Assembly: GCA_910588125.1 (NCBI GenBank)
Contig: CAJUPI010000004.1
Location: forward strand, 34,591-98,590
Direction of reading: 5' to 3'
DNA: 64,000 nucleotides
Source: an uncultured Lachnospiraceae bacterium
GTDB lineage: Bacteria; Bacillota; Clostridia; Lachnospirales; Lachnospiraceae
Part shown: positions 9,006 through 19,047 of the stretch, piece by piece
How positions within the stretch are numbered: position 1 is the first letter of the stretch
Layout of the letters: each line of letters opens with the position of its first letter
The notes under the pieces: model-generated
Databases searched by the model: none
Told to the model about the DNA's origin: nothing
The model's input: only the letters and a program-made list of their open reading frames with translations
Position numbers and translations under genes: made by a program

Positions 9006-10139
9006 ATGAAACAGATGCGAATCCGCGATTTCGGGATTGTGCCCGGACGGATGAAGACAGGAAAAAGAAATAAAATTACCGATGTTTGCGGGGTACTAAT
9101 CGGGCATGCTACCATTAAGAACCAGGAGAACCATACAGGAGTTACGGTGATTCTCCCGGGAAAGGATAATGCTTTTGCCAGAAAGTATGTGGCGGCTTCT
9201 TATGTTCATAATGGCTTTGGGAAAAGCTGCGGCCTGATTCAAATTGATGAGCTGGGGACTTTGGAGACGCCGATTGCCCTTACCAATACCTTGAATGTAG
9301 GGGTGGTTTGGGATGCTGTGGCAGAGTATGTCATCCGGCAGTGTGAGAAGGAGAAGGTTCCGGTCAAGAGCCTGAATCCGGTGGTGGGGGAGTGTAATGA
9401 CTGCCAGATCAACCATATCGAGAAGCGGGGAGTGAGGGCGGAGCATGTGTGGGATGCCATTGCATGTGCAGAAGCGGACTTTGCTGAAGGAGATGTGGGA
9501 GCCGGGGCGGGAACGATCTGCTATGGGCTTAAGGGCGGTATTGGCTCAGCCTCCCGGGTGGTGGAATTTTACGGGAAGGAGTATACCATCGGGGTGCTGG
9601 TGCAGTCGAATTTCGGTGCTACGGAGGATTTTGTACTGGATGGGGTTTTAGCAGGGGAGCGGATTCTTGAGCTGAAGAAAGAATTGGACAGAGGAAGAGA
9701 AGAAAGCCCTGGCAAGGATTTGGCGGGAAGTATGGCAGTTGCCCAGTCAGATCAGGGGTCGATTATGACGGTCCTGGCTACGGATCTTCCGGTATCCGAT
9801 CGGCAGCTGAGGCGGATCCTGCGCCGGACGGCGGTGGGGATTGCCCGCACAGGCGCTTATACCGGACATGGGAGCGGTGAGGTGATGATCGGATTTACGA
9901 CGGCTAACCGGGTCCCTGCAAAGCCAGGGGAGGAACCGGCATTACAGTCGTTAATCCATGAGTCTTTGATTAACCGTGCGTTTCAGGCGGCGGCAGAGGC
10001 GGCCCATGAAGCAATCTTAAATTCTATGGTGTGTGCCGGGCGGACAGTCGGGATTGATGGCCAGGTATACTGGGGGCTGGGAGAGCTGCTGCCTATGCTC
10101 ACCCGCCCCGCGCCAAAAGAGCCAGCCCCGTCTCGGTGA
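9006..10139 (+). CDS. P1/S58 (DmpA-like) aminopeptidase family protein
   Basis: 377 aa; AGGAGG RBS; DmpA/ArgJ-fold family features (N-terminal RIRDFGIVPG ... GVTVILPG, internal self-processing-type region). Confidence 0.7.
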   Translation: MKQMRIRDFGIVPGRMKTGKRNKITDVCGVLIGHATIKNQENHTGVTVILPGKDNAFARKYVAASYVHNGFGKSCGLIQIDELGTLETPIALTNTLNVGVVWDAVAEYVIRQCEKEKVPVKSLNPVVGECNDCQINHIEKRGVRAEHVWDAIACAEADFAEGDVGAGAGTICYGLKGGIGSASRVVEFYGKEYTIGVLVQSNFGATEDFVLDGVLAGERILELKKELDRGREESPGKDLAGSMAVAQSDQGSIMTVLATDLPVSDRQLRRILRRTAVGIARTGAYTGHGSGEVMIGFTTANRVPAKPGEEPALQSLIHESLINRAFQAAAEAAHEAILNSMVCAGRTVGIDGQVYWGLGELLPMLTRPAPKEPAPSR

Positions 10140-12099
10140 TTTCACATCCGCCCTTGGTGCGGTGGACCAGAATTAAATTTTCGTCAGACAGTTCTTTTAA
10201 TAGCCCGCGCAGCTTTCCGTCGCTGATTTCGGCGCCGGATTCTGCCAGGGCTTTTTGTATGGAGCTACGTCCGCTTTTGGGTGTGTTTTTGATGATGGTG
10301 AGAACCTGGCGTTTGAGGGCGCTTATGTTTTCCCCGGTGGCTGCCAGCCCGTCCCGGATGTAGGAGGGAAGCTGAGAGAGGATGAGGGGGTGGGCAGCGT
10401 AAAGAGAGGAAAAGTATTGGGCCAGGTTGATTAGCTCCTTTATATTGCCCGGATAGTCATAGTTTAGCAGAAACTGGTACAGGCTTTTGGAGAGGATAGC
10501 GTCCATCTGAAAGCGGGAATGGTGGAACAAGTTGCAAAAGCAATGCTCCAGTAAAAGGGGGATATCCTCCCGGCGTTCTTTTAAAGGGATGGTGTCCAGA
10601 ACGGCTGTGCTGAGCTGGAAAAACAAGTTCTCCTGAAAAGCATTTTTTTGTACCAGGGAGTATAAATTAGGGGCGGAGGTGGCAATCACCCGGATATCCC
10701 AGGAGCGTTGGGGGAGCAGAAATTCGCTGGCGGTGTTCTGTAAGAGCTGAACCAGAAAATCCTGCATTTCAGGAGAGAATTTTTCAATATGGTCGACCAG
10801 GAGTGTGCCGTGGTTGGCAGTCTCCAATACCTCCGGCAGGTCGCAGCCGGACAGAGTGAGCAATTGATTGAGGCTGACGAAGGGATAGCGGCGCCGGCTG
10901 GAACTTTGATGAATGGCTTTGGCCAGCATTTTTTTCTGGGTTCCGCTTTCACCCTGAATCAGAACCGGAAAATCATAGAGGGAGAGCCGCCTGGCGTAGG
11001 AAAGCACCTCCTGAAACCGCTCGGAGGCAGTGATCAGATGGGAAAAGCTGCTGCGCTGCCTTTCAATGGGAGAGGTCTCCGGCTTATGCTCCTCAGAAAG
11101 GGCCAGATCGGAAAGCAGGGGGGGTGCATTGGTATCAGATTCCTGATTGAGAGCCGGCTTACTGGTCAGCAGGGAAACGTGGGTGTGGTTGGGGAAGGAC
11201 AGCTCCATGACGCTTAATATCATGGGGACATCCATGTGGTTGGCAATCCGGTAATCGGCGGTCTGATTGAACAGGATTCTGGAATAAGCTTCCGGAAGGC
11301 AGTGGGAAAAGGGAGTTCCGATCCCCTGCTTTCTGGAGAGCCCCCAGTCTTTGGAAAAATTTTTGTTGACTGCCATGATGGTTCCGTTTTCGTCCAGCAG
11401 GCAGATGCTAAAGGGCAGGTTGGAGACGGTGGCCAGGAGAAGCTGCTGGGAAAAGACAAAGCTGCTGTAGTAGCTCCCGGCGGTTTTTACTACCTTTAAG
11501 ATATGGGAAATGTAATTTCTGGTGATCTGATTTCCCAGCTTGGCGGGCAGATGGAACAGGACACACAGCTCGTTGATAGTGGAAATGTCGATGATCCGGT
11601 TGCCGATATTGATGACGTTGCGGATGTGTCCGGGAACCAGCCGGGGCTCGCCGACCGTGATCGCATAGCGGACGGAAAGATCCGTCTCCTGGGTTTCTGA
11701 GGAATAGGGGATAAATTGGTACTGGCTGATGCCAAAGTCCTCAAATTGCCGGATCGTACTTAAGGTGGAATCGAAAAAATCATTGACCACATAGACCTTT
11801 TCGCCGGGAGGAATGCGGATGATCTGATCCAAAAAGGCGTGGTTGAAGGTCCTGGTACAGACGATCTGGCTGATGGAGCCCGGGATGGGGACGGGAAATT
11901 CCGACTGAACCTTGGTACTGGAAAAAAGGATACACTGGTAAGACAGAAGCTGGGCGGCATCTGTGATCTCAGAGGGGGCGCTGGTATCAAAAAGGATGTG
12001 CTCTCCCAAGACAGAGTGGAGGTAATCCTGGAATTCGATACGAATGTAGGGGTTGATGCAGACGATCAGTACGTGTGGTTTTTTCTGGGAAAAGGACAT
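10099..12099 (-). CDS. TyrR/PrpR-like transcriptional regulator: N-terminal sensory region, PAS, AAA+ sigma-54-interaction-like domain lacking the GAFTGA motif, and C-terminal winged HTH
   Basis: 667 aa from ATG 12099 (GGAGG RBS). Walker-A-like GESGTQKKMLAKAIH, then IRVIATS ... ERREDIPLL arginine-finger region, with no ESELFGHEKGAFTGA segment. PAS-like FSICLLDENGTIMAVNKNF. The 3' end overlaps the convergent peptidase gene by 41 bp. Confidence 0.7.
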   Translation of the reverse strand: MSFSQKKPHVLIVCINPYIRIEFQDYLHSVLGEHILFDTSAPSEITDAAQLLSYQCILFSSTKVQSEFPVPIPGSISQIVCTRTFNHAFLDQIIRIPPGEKVYVVNDFFDSTLSTIRQFEDFGISQYQFIPYSSETQETDLSVRYAITVGEPRLVPGHIRNVINIGNRIIDISTINELCVLFHLPAKLGNQITRNYISHILKVVKTAGSYYSSFVFSQQLLLATVSNLPFSICLLDENGTIMAVNKNFSKDWGLSRKQGIGTPFSHCLPEAYSRILFNQTADYRIANHMDVPMILSVMELSFPNHTHVSLLTSKPALNQESDTNAPPLLSDLALSEEHKPETSPIERQRSSFSHLITASERFQEVLSYARRLSLYDFPVLIQGESGTQKKMLAKAIHQSSSRRRYPFVSLNQLLTLSGCDLPEVLETANHGTLLVDHIEKFSPEMQDFLVQLLQNTASEFLLPQRSWDIRVIATSAPNLYSLVQKNAFQENLFFQLSTAVLDTIPLKERREDIPLLLEHCFCNLFHHSRFQMDAILSKSLYQFLLNYDYPGNIKELINLAQYFSSLYAAHPLILSQLPSYIRDGLAATGENISALKRQVLTIIKNTPKSGRSSIQKALAESGAEISDGKLRGLLKELSDENLILVHRTKGGCEITETGLALLARGG

Positions 12100-12282
12100 C
12101 GGCGGCCTCCTGAGTGATTGATGGATAAATTTTTGTGATGAGGAAATGCTATACATTGATATATGTATGGATAAAACGCTGATTTTAGGATAATTATAGA
12201 ATAAAAACAGAAATAAATCAACCTAATTACTTTATAAAATTAAAAGGCGTTGAAAAAAGGCGAAAATTTCAACACTTTACTT

Positions 12283-12311
12283 TGACAAAGAAAGAAAGCC
12301 CCATTAGAATA
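12283..12311 (+). promoter_or_regulatory. Sigma-70-type promoter for the peptide ABC transporter operon (TTGACA-17 bp-TAGAAT)
   Basis: TTGACA at 12283-12288, 17-nt spacer, TAGAAT at 12306-12311, about 95 nt upstream of the substrate-binding-protein start. Confidence 0.45.
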
Positions 12312-12407
12312 GTAAGATAGCAAAACGAAGGCGTTTATATAGAACTTTGCCTTTGCTTTTTTATTGCTTTACCGTATTTTATATTGGGAAGAACAAGGAG
12401 GAGTTTT

Positions 12408-14096
12408 ATGAGAAAGACAGGAAAGAAGTTATATGCGCTGCTTTTGGCGGCGTCTATGGTAGCTCTGACAGCCTGTGGAGGCGGTTCGGGAGATGCAGGT
12501 TCTGCTCCGGCAGGCTCTTCGGCAGCGCCGGCGGCAGGGGGAGAGACCCAGGCCCAGGCGGAGATCGCGGAGGGAGCATCGGTTTCTCAGGAGACAGATA
12601 TCGTGGCGGCGGTTAACGTGGATTTTACCACTATGGATCCCATGGACACCAGCGATACGCTATCCGGCGGTATTCAGCGGATGATTTCTGACAGTTTGTT
12701 TGGTTTTGATGATGATATGGGGATTGTTCCCATGCTGGCTACCGGTTATGAGGCCAATGACGAGGCTACGGAGTTTACCATTACCCTGAGAGAGGGTATT
12801 TCCTTTACGGATGGGACTCCCTGGAATGCGGATGCGGCGCTGGCCAACTTTGCCAAGTGGGACGATGAGTCCCTGGGCCTTAAGAGGACTACCTTTTTGT
12901 GTAATGTTCTGGACAGCTTTGAGAAGGTGGATGATTATACCATTAAGGTCAATCTGACAGAGCCGTTCGGCGCTTTTATCAGTAACCTGGCTCATCCGGC
13001 CTGCGTGATTATGTGCCCGAAGACCATCGAGGCCGGTGTGGAAGCGTGTGCCAGAAACCCGGTGGGAACCGGACAGTATAAGTTTGTGGAGTGGATTGAG
13101 GGCGACCATCTGACTCTGGAGCTGAATAAGGATTGGTGGGGCTATGATGCAGACATCTGCGGCGGTACGGCTTTGGCGGATGCGGACGCCGGTTTTAAGA
13201 CCATTACCTTTAAGCCGGTGCCGGAGAGCGCGACCCGTGTGGCGATGATCCAGTCTGGAGATGCCCAGCTTATCTGGCCGATTCCGACGGAGAGTGTTTC
13301 GGTGCTGGAGAGCGATCCGAATGTGACTTCTTTCCAGGGCGATGGTATTGTGGTGCGTTATTTCATGATGAACACCCAGAAGGCCCCGTTTAATGACGTG
13401 AGAGTGCGTCAGGCAATCGACTACGCAATCAACAAGGAAGCTTATATCCAGGTAGTAAAGAACGGCCTGGCGATTCCGGCGACCTCTATTATCGGGCCGG
13501 CGGTTCAGTATTATAAAGGCAATGAGCCTCGTCCCTACGACCCGGAAAAGGCCAAGGCTTTGCTGGCAGAGGCGGGTTATCCGGACGGCTTCACCACCTC
13601 AGTGATGTATGCCAATACTACAGCGAATCAGAAGCAGGTAGAATTTTTGAAGCAGCAGCTGGAGCAGGTGGGGATTAATCTGGAGCTGAACGGCTTGGAG
13701 AGCGCGGTAGTAAACCAGAAGGTACAGGATACGGATGCTCCTGGATCTGAGGCTGAGGTAGAGTGCTATGTGATTGGCTGGTCTCCGTCCACGGGTGATG
13801 CTGACTGGGGAATCCGCCCGCTGGTAGCTATCGAGTCTGAGCCGCCCATGAGCTACAACATCTGCTATTTTGAGAATGAGGAGCTGGAGGGCTATATCAA
13901 GACTGGCCTGGAAAGTGCGGATGACGCTACCCGTAAGGAGGCTTATGAAAAGGCTCAGGACCTGCTCTGGGAAGAGACGCCTATGATATTCTTGTGTGTG
14001 GATTCGAATACCTGGGCTACCGGAGCAAAGGTACAGAATGTGAAGATTTATCCGGATGGCGCTATTAATATGAAGAACGCAAAAATGGCGAATTAA
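12408..14096 (+). CDS. ABC transporter substrate-binding lipoprotein, family 5 (oligopeptide/dipeptide/nickel type)
   Basis: AGGAGG RBS before ATG 12408; lipoprotein signal LTACGG; SBP_bac_5 features throughout. Confidence 0.85.
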   Translation: MRKTGKKLYALLLAASMVALTACGGGSGDAGSAPAGSSAAPAAGGETQAQAEIAEGASVSQETDIVAAVNVDFTTMDPMDTSDTLSGGIQRMISDSLFGFDDDMGIVPMLATGYEANDEATEFTITLREGISFTDGTPWNADAALANFAKWDDESLGLKRTTFLCNVLDSFEKVDDYTIKVNLTEPFGAFISNLAHPACVIMCPKTIEAGVEACARNPVGTGQYKFVEWIEGDHLTLELNKDWWGYDADICGGTALADADAGFKTITFKPVPESATRVAMIQSGDAQLIWPIPTESVSVLESDPNVTSFQGDGIVVRYFMMNTQKAPFNDVRVRQAIDYAINKEAYIQVVKNGLAIPATSIIGPAVQYYKGNEPRPYDPEKAKALLAEAGYPDGFTTSVMYANTTANQKQVEFLKQQLEQVGINLELNGLESAVVNQKVQDTDAPGSEAEVECYVIGWSPSTGDADWGIRPLVAIESEPPMSYNICYFENEELEGYIKTGLESADDATRKEAYEKAQDLLWEETPMIFLCVDSNTWATGAKVQNVKIYPDGAINMKNAKMAN

Positions 14097-14182
14097 CGAA
14101 AAGCCGGAGGATGCTATATCAGGCTGTCAGGTAAGTACCGGCAGGTGCAGGTACGAACGTTACCGTGTTAATTAGATGTTTC

Positions 14183-14226
14183 AGGCGCTGCAAGGCTGTG
14201 GACTCAGTTTGCGGCGCCTTTTGTTA
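14183..14226 (+). terminator. Stem-loop with U-tract between the binding-protein gene and permease genes (putative attenuating terminator)
   Basis: AGGCGCTGC ... GCGGCGCCT 9-bp stem (one G-U) followed by TTTTGTT. Confidence 0.35.
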
Positions 14227-14329
14227 TCGGATTCCTCCCATATTGTTCTGAGCAGAATCGTTATAACCGTTCGGCTTTTTTTGAGCCGTTGTTGTCCGTT
14301 ACCCGAAACCAGTAAGGAGATGAGAGAAA

Positions 14330-15250
14330 ATGTTGCGATATACTTTAAAACGAATCATAGGAGTGCTTCCCACTCTGATAATAGTAGTAACCTTTGTATT
14401 CTTTTTTGTCCGGATGATTCCCGGAGATCCGGCCCGCCTGGTGGCGGGAGAGCAGGCTACTTTGGACGCGGTGGAGGCGGTGCGGGTCCAGTTAGGCCTG
14501 GATCAGCCCATCCATATCCAGTATCTGAAATATGTAGGCGGCTTGCTGCGGGGGGATCTGGGTATGTCTCTGCGGACGAAACGTCCGGTGCTGACAGAAG
14601 TGGCGGCTCGATATGGCAATACTATGGCCCTGACGCTTGCCAGCCTGGTGTGGAGTACGATTGTGGGCGTGATTCTGGGAGTCTGGTCGGGAAAGAACCG
14701 GGGGAAATGGCAGGATTTCACGGGCATGACCCTGGCGGTATCGGGAATTTCCCTGCCGAACTTCTGGATCGGTTTCCTCTTGATTATGCTGTTTTCCGTG
14801 AAACTGCGATGGTTTCCCACCACGGGTACGGGAAGCTGGAAGAACCTGGTTTTGCCGGCCATTGCCCTGGGGACTAGCATTGCAGCGATTATCGCACGGT
14901 TTACCCGTTCTTCCATTGTGGAGGTGCTGAAAGAAGATTATATCCGTACGGCCAGAGCCAAGGGGCTTAGGGAAAAGACTGTAACCTGGGGGCATGCCTT
15001 CCGCAATTCCATGATTTCCGTGGTGACAGTAGTGGGGCTTCAGTTTGGCTTTTTACTGGGCGGTTCGGTAGTCACGGAGGCAGTGTTTGCTTATCCGGGC
15101 CTGGGGCAGCTTCTGGTGGAGTCGGTGAATTACCGGGATTATCCGGCGATTCAGTCTCTGATTTTGATTTTCTCACTGCAGTTTATTATCATCAATCTGA
15201 TTGTGGATATCCTCTATGCGGTCCTCAATCCGGAAATCAAGTTGTCATAG
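14330..15250 (+). CDS. ABC peptide transporter permease (DppB/OppB-type)
   Basis: 306 aa; AAGGAG RBS; BPD_transp_1 signature region and multiple TM helices. Confidence 0.85.
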   Translation: MLRYTLKRIIGVLPTLIIVVTFVFFFVRMIPGDPARLVAGEQATLDAVEAVRVQLGLDQPIHIQYLKYVGGLLRGDLGMSLRTKRPVLTEVAARYGNTMALTLASLVWSTIVGVILGVWSGKNRGKWQDFTGMTLAVSGISLPNFWIGFLLIMLFSVKLRWFPTTGTGSWKNLVLPAIALGTSIAAIIARFTRSSIVEVLKEDYIRTARAKGLREKTVTWGHAFRNSMISVVTVVGLQFGFLLGGSVVTEAVFAYPGLGQLLVESVNYRDYPAIQSLILIFSLQFIIINLIVDILYAVLNPEIKLS

Positions 15251-15263
15251 GAGGAATAAATAC

Positions 15264-16157
15264 ATGATCGGAAAGAAAAAGTCTGTGAAAGCAGAATTGA
15301 ATGAAAAGACAGATATTAAAACTCCGATTTCGGAGATGGTGCGGAAATTTAAAAAACAGAAGAATTCGGTGGTTGCTTTATTCTTTATCCTCTTTTTGGT
15401 ATTTCTGGCTTTGTTTGGGGAAGCTCTGGCGCCGTTTAAGATCAATGAATACGATTATAACTCGATTCTTCAGGGACCCAGTATGGCTCACTGGTTTGGG
15501 ACGGATGAGTTTGGCAGGGATTTGTTTTCCCGGATTATCAGTGGCACGAAAATCTCTTTGGCCGTAGGTCTTTCAGCCGTTTCCGTGGGAGCTGTCTGCG
15601 GGACGATCCTGGGACTTTTGGGAGGCTATTACCGGGGGATTGTAGATGCAGTTATCATGCGGATCTGCGATGTTTTATTTGCCTTTCCGGGAATTATTCT
15701 GGCTATTGCTATTGTGGCTATTTTGGGAAGCGGCATCGGGAATGTGGTAATTGCAGTGTCAGTGTTCTCCACGCCTACCTTTGCCCGTCTGGTGAGGAGC
15801 CGGACCCTGGCTCTTAAAAATTCCGTGTTTGTCCAGGCGGCGAAGAATTTAGGAGCCTCGGATGCCAGGATATTATTCCGCCATATTTTGCCGGGGGCGG
15901 TGCCGGAGATTATCGTCCAGTTTACCATGTCGGTAGGTTCTTCGATTTTGACGGCTTCCTCTTTGAGCTTTCTGGGAATGGGAGCCCAGCCGCCTACGCC
16001 GGAGTGGGGATTGTTGCTGGCCAACGGGCGGAATTACATGATGACCAGCATGCATTGTACGGTATTTCCGGGACTTGCGATTTTCCTGACTGTGCTGAGT
16101 TTTAATATTCTCGGGGACGGACTGCGGGATGCTCTTGATCCGAAGCTGACGGATTAA
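15264..16157 (+). CDS. ABC peptide transporter permease (DppC/OppC-type)
   Basis: GGAGG RBS before ATG 15264; OppC N-terminal region plus permease TM core. Confidence 0.85.
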   Translation: MIGKKKSVKAELNEKTDIKTPISEMVRKFKKQKNSVVALFFILFLVFLALFGEALAPFKINEYDYNSILQGPSMAHWFGTDEFGRDLFSRIISGTKISLAVGLSAVSVGAVCGTILGLLGGYYRGIVDAVIMRICDVLFAFPGIILAIAIVAILGSGIGNVVIAVSVFSTPTFARLVRSRTLALKNSVFVQAAKNLGASDARILFRHILPGAVPEIIVQFTMSVGSSILTASSLSFLGMGAQPPTPEWGLLLANGRNYMMTSMHCTVFPGLAIFLTVLSFNILGDGLRDALDPKLTD

Positions 16158-16184
16158 AGGCAAAGAAAGGAGGACAAAGGACAG

Positions 16185-17174
16185 ATGGAAGATAACAGGA
16201 AAAATATATTGGAAGTGAAGAATCTTCACACTTATTTTTATACGGACAGCGGAGTGGTAAAATCGGTGGACGGGGTGGATTTTGCGCTGAAGGAGGGATC
16301 TACCTTAGGTATTGTAGGGGAATCGGGAAGCGGAAAGAGTGTGACTTCTCTTTCGGTTATGGGACTTTTGACCGGAACCACCGGAAAGATTGTTGAGGGA
16401 GAGATCTTGCTCGAGGGTAAGGATATTGCCCATATCAGTGAGGAGGAGAAGCGGAAACTGCGGGGCAGCCAGATTTCGATGATTTTCCAGGAGCCGATGA
16501 CCAGCTTAAATCCGGTGATGAAGATTGGAAAGCAGCTGACGGAATGTATCTTACAGCATCAAGATGTCTCGAAGGAGGAGGCATACAAGAAAGCAGAAGA
16601 TATGCTGCGCCGGACCGGAGTTCCACGGGTGGAGCATATGATGAAGGAGTATCCCTTCCAGCTTTCCGGCGGCCAGCGTCAGCGGGTGATGATTGCCATG
16701 GCGCTGGTGTGCGGGCCGAAGATCCTGATCGCGGACGAGCCGACCACGGCGCTGGATGTGACCATTCAGGCGCAGATTCTGGATTTGATGAACGGGCTGA
16801 AAAAGGCGATTGGTACCTCTATTTTGTTTATCACTCATGATTTGGGAGTGGTGGCAGAGGTTTGCGACGAGGTAGTGGTTATGTATTGCGGCCGGGTGGT
16901 GGAAAAGGGAGATGTAAGGGAATTGTTTGCTCACCCGTCCCATCCTTATACCATTGGCCTTTTAAATTCCATTCCCAAGCTGGGAGAGGCAGTGGAGGAG
17001 CTGGAGGCCATTCCGGGGAATGTGCCCAATCCCAAATATATGCCTAAGGGCTGTAAATTTGCACCGCGGTGCAGCCGGGCCTTTGAGAGATGCCAGGAGG
17101 AGGAGCCGGGCTTTTATGAGATTGGCGAGGGACATGTAAGCCGGTGCTGGCTTTGTGAGAAAGGGGGCGTTTGA
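16185..17174 (+). CDS. ABC peptide transporter ATP-binding protein (DppD/OppD-type)
   Basis: Walker A GESGSGKS, signature LSGGQRQR, Walker B ILIADEPTTALD, C-terminal oligopeptide-ABC Cys-rich extension. Confidence 0.9.
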   Translation: MEDNRKNILEVKNLHTYFYTDSGVVKSVDGVDFALKEGSTLGIVGESGSGKSVTSLSVMGLLTGTTGKIVEGEILLEGKDIAHISEEEKRKLRGSQISMIFQEPMTSLNPVMKIGKQLTECILQHQDVSKEEAYKKAEDMLRRTGVPRVEHMMKEYPFQLSGGQRQRVMIAMALVCGPKILIADEPTTALDVTIQAQILDLMNGLKKAIGTSILFITHDLGVVAEVCDEVVVMYCGRVVEKGDVRELFAHPSHPYTIGLLNSIPKLGEAVEELEAIPGNVPNPKYMPKGCKFAPRCSRAFERCQEEEPGFYEIGEGHVSRCWLCEKGGV

Positions 17175-17175
17175 T

Positions 17176-18180
17176 ATGGCGAATACAGCAAATATTCTGC
17201 TGCATGTGGAGGATATGAAAATTTATTATCCGGTGGCGGGTAAGCGGCTGGGTACCACAGATTATGTGAAGGCAGTGGACGGCGTCTCCTTTGAAGTGAG
17301 GCGGGGAGAGGTGTTTGGCATTGTGGGTGAGTCAGGCTGCGGAAAGTCTACTCTGGGCCGGGGCATCTGCAAGCTGGAAAAGCCTACCGGGGGAAAAATA
17401 GTACTGGACGGGGAGGATATTTCCGGATATAATGACAGCCAGATGAGGCCGGTGCGCAAGAAGGTCCAGATGGTGTTTCAGGACCCGTACGCATCTCTCA
17501 ACCCCAGAATGTCGGTGTTTGATATTATCGCGGAGCCGTTGATGATTCATAAGCTGGTGAAGGATAAGGCCGAGATGGAGGAGAAGGTACTGGCGCTTCT
17601 CAGAAAGGTGGGGCTGGATGATTACCATGCCAACCGTTATCCTCATGAATTTTCCGGCGGCCAGCGCCAGCGGATCGGCATAGCCAGAGCGCTGGCGGTG
17701 CAGCCGTCTTTGATTATCGCGGACGAGCCGGTATCCGCCTTGGATGTGTCGATACAGGCCCAGGTGTTGAATTTGATGAATCAGTTGAAAAAGGATTTTA
17801 ACCTGACATATATTTTTGTGGCTCATGACTTGAGTGTGGTAGAACACATCAGTGATCGGGTGGGAGTCATGTATCTGGGGAATTTTGTGGAGGTGGGAAA
17901 TAAGGAGAGCCTGTATACCAATCCGCTCCATCCTTATACCCAGGCGCTGCTTTCCGCAGTACCTGTGCCCGACCCTACGGCTAAGAAGGACCGGGTGATT
18001 TTGGAGGGCAATATCCCGTCGCCGCTGAATCCGCCTAAGGGATGTAAGTTCCATACCAGATGCCCCAGGGCTATGGAGTGCTGTAAGACGGAGGCGCCGG
18101 GGCGTTATCAGGTCAGCGAGGATCATTATGTATATTGCCATCTTTATGATGAGGTGGGCGGAAAGCAGGGGAGATCATGA
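17176..18180 (+). CDS. ABC peptide transporter ATP-binding protein (DppF/OppF-type)
   Basis: Walker [10 protein letters not shown], signature FSGGQRQR, Walker [13 protein letters not shown]. Confidence 0.9.
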   Translation: MANTANILLHVEDMKIYYPVAGKRLGTTDYVKAVDGVSFEVRRGEVFGIVGESGCGKSTLGRGICKLEKPTGGKIVLDGEDISGYNDSQMRPVRKKVQMVFQDPYASLNPRMSVFDIIAEPLMIHKLVKDKAEMEEKVLALLRKVGLDDYHANRYPHEFSGGQRQRIGIARALAVQPSLIIADEPVSALDVSIQAQVLNLMNQLKKDFNLTYIFVAHDLSVVEHISDRVGVMYLGNFVEVGNKESLYTNPLHPYTQALLSAVPVPDPTAKKDRVILEGNIPSPLNPPKGCKFHTRCPRAMECCKTEAPGRYQVSEDHYVYCHLYDEVGGKQGRS

Positions 18181-18977
18181 AGCTTTTTATCAGTGCAGAT
18201 ATCGAGGGCTGCGCCGGGCTGGCGATCCCGGCGGAGGCGCATAAGCAGGAGGCAGTCTACCGGGCTTTTGCTCAGGAGATGACAAAAGAGGTATTGACAG
18301 TTTGTGAAGCCGCCCGGGAGATGGGGGCTACGGAGATTGTAGTCAAGGACGGCCATGGGGACGCTTCTAATATCGATCCGCTTCAGATGCCGGATTATGT
18401 CAGGCTGATTCGGGGGAAAAGCGGACATCCTTACAATATGATGTGGGGACTTGACACGGGCTTTGACGGGGTGTTGTATGTGGGGTATCACGCGCCGGCG
18501 GGGAATCCGGAGTTTTCCATCAGCCATACCTCCACCGGCAACAGCTTGTATATCCGCCTCAATGGGGAATATATGAGCGAGTTTATGCTGAATACGTTGA
18601 CAGCAGCCAGCCTGGGGGTGCCGGTGTTGTTTTTGTCCGGGGATGAGGCCATCTGTGGACTGGCCAAAGGCCAGGTGCCAAAGATTGAGACGGCAGTGAC
18701 CAAAAAAGGCACCGGAGGGGCAACGATCTGCGAGCCTCAGGGGATTGTGCTGGAACGGATTCGGAGCGGGGTAAAAAAGGCGTTGGGCCGGGACTTTTCT
18801 TCCTGCCTGGTAGAGCTTCCAGGGCAGTTTACCTATGAGGTGACGTTTAAGGATTGGAAAAAGGCATATCAGATGTCGTTTTATCCAGGGATGGAGAAGG
18901 TGGACACGTTTACTAACCGGCTGGTGACCGACAGTTGGATGGATGTAGTGACGGCGCATTGTTTTGTAGTGTATTAG
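18177..18977 (+). CDS. dppA: M55-family D-aminopeptidase (B. subtilis DppA-like)
   Basis: 266 aa; N-terminal [14 protein letters not shown] is characteristic of peptidase M55; start overlaps the preceding ABC gene's stop (ATGA). Confidence 0.75.
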   Translation: MKLFISADIEGCAGLAIPAEAHKQEAVYRAFAQEMTKEVLTVCEAAREMGATEIVVKDGHGDASNIDPLQMPDYVRLIRGKSGHPYNMMWGLDTGFDGVLYVGYHAPAGNPEFSISHTSTGNSLYIRLNGEYMSEFMLNTLTAASLGVPVLFLSGDEAICGLAKGQVPKIETAVTKKGTGGATICEPQGIVLERIRSGVKKALGRDFSSCLVELPGQFTYEVTFKDWKKAYQMSFYPGMEKVDTFTNRLVTDSWMDVVTAHCFVVY

Positions 18978-19047
18978 GGGAAAAGGTTCCGCGGATGGCA
19001 CCTTGAAAAATATATTGATAAAACAGAGTGAAGGAGACAGCGAAGTC

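Noticed and set aside
12100-12407. Sigma-54 (-24/-12, TGGCAC-N5-TTGC) promoter upstream of the peptide ABC operon, expected because of the adjacent EBP-like regulator
   Set aside because: No GG/GC elements with correct 12-bp spacing were found by eye. The regulator itself lacks GAFTGA, and a good sigma-70 promoter is present instead.
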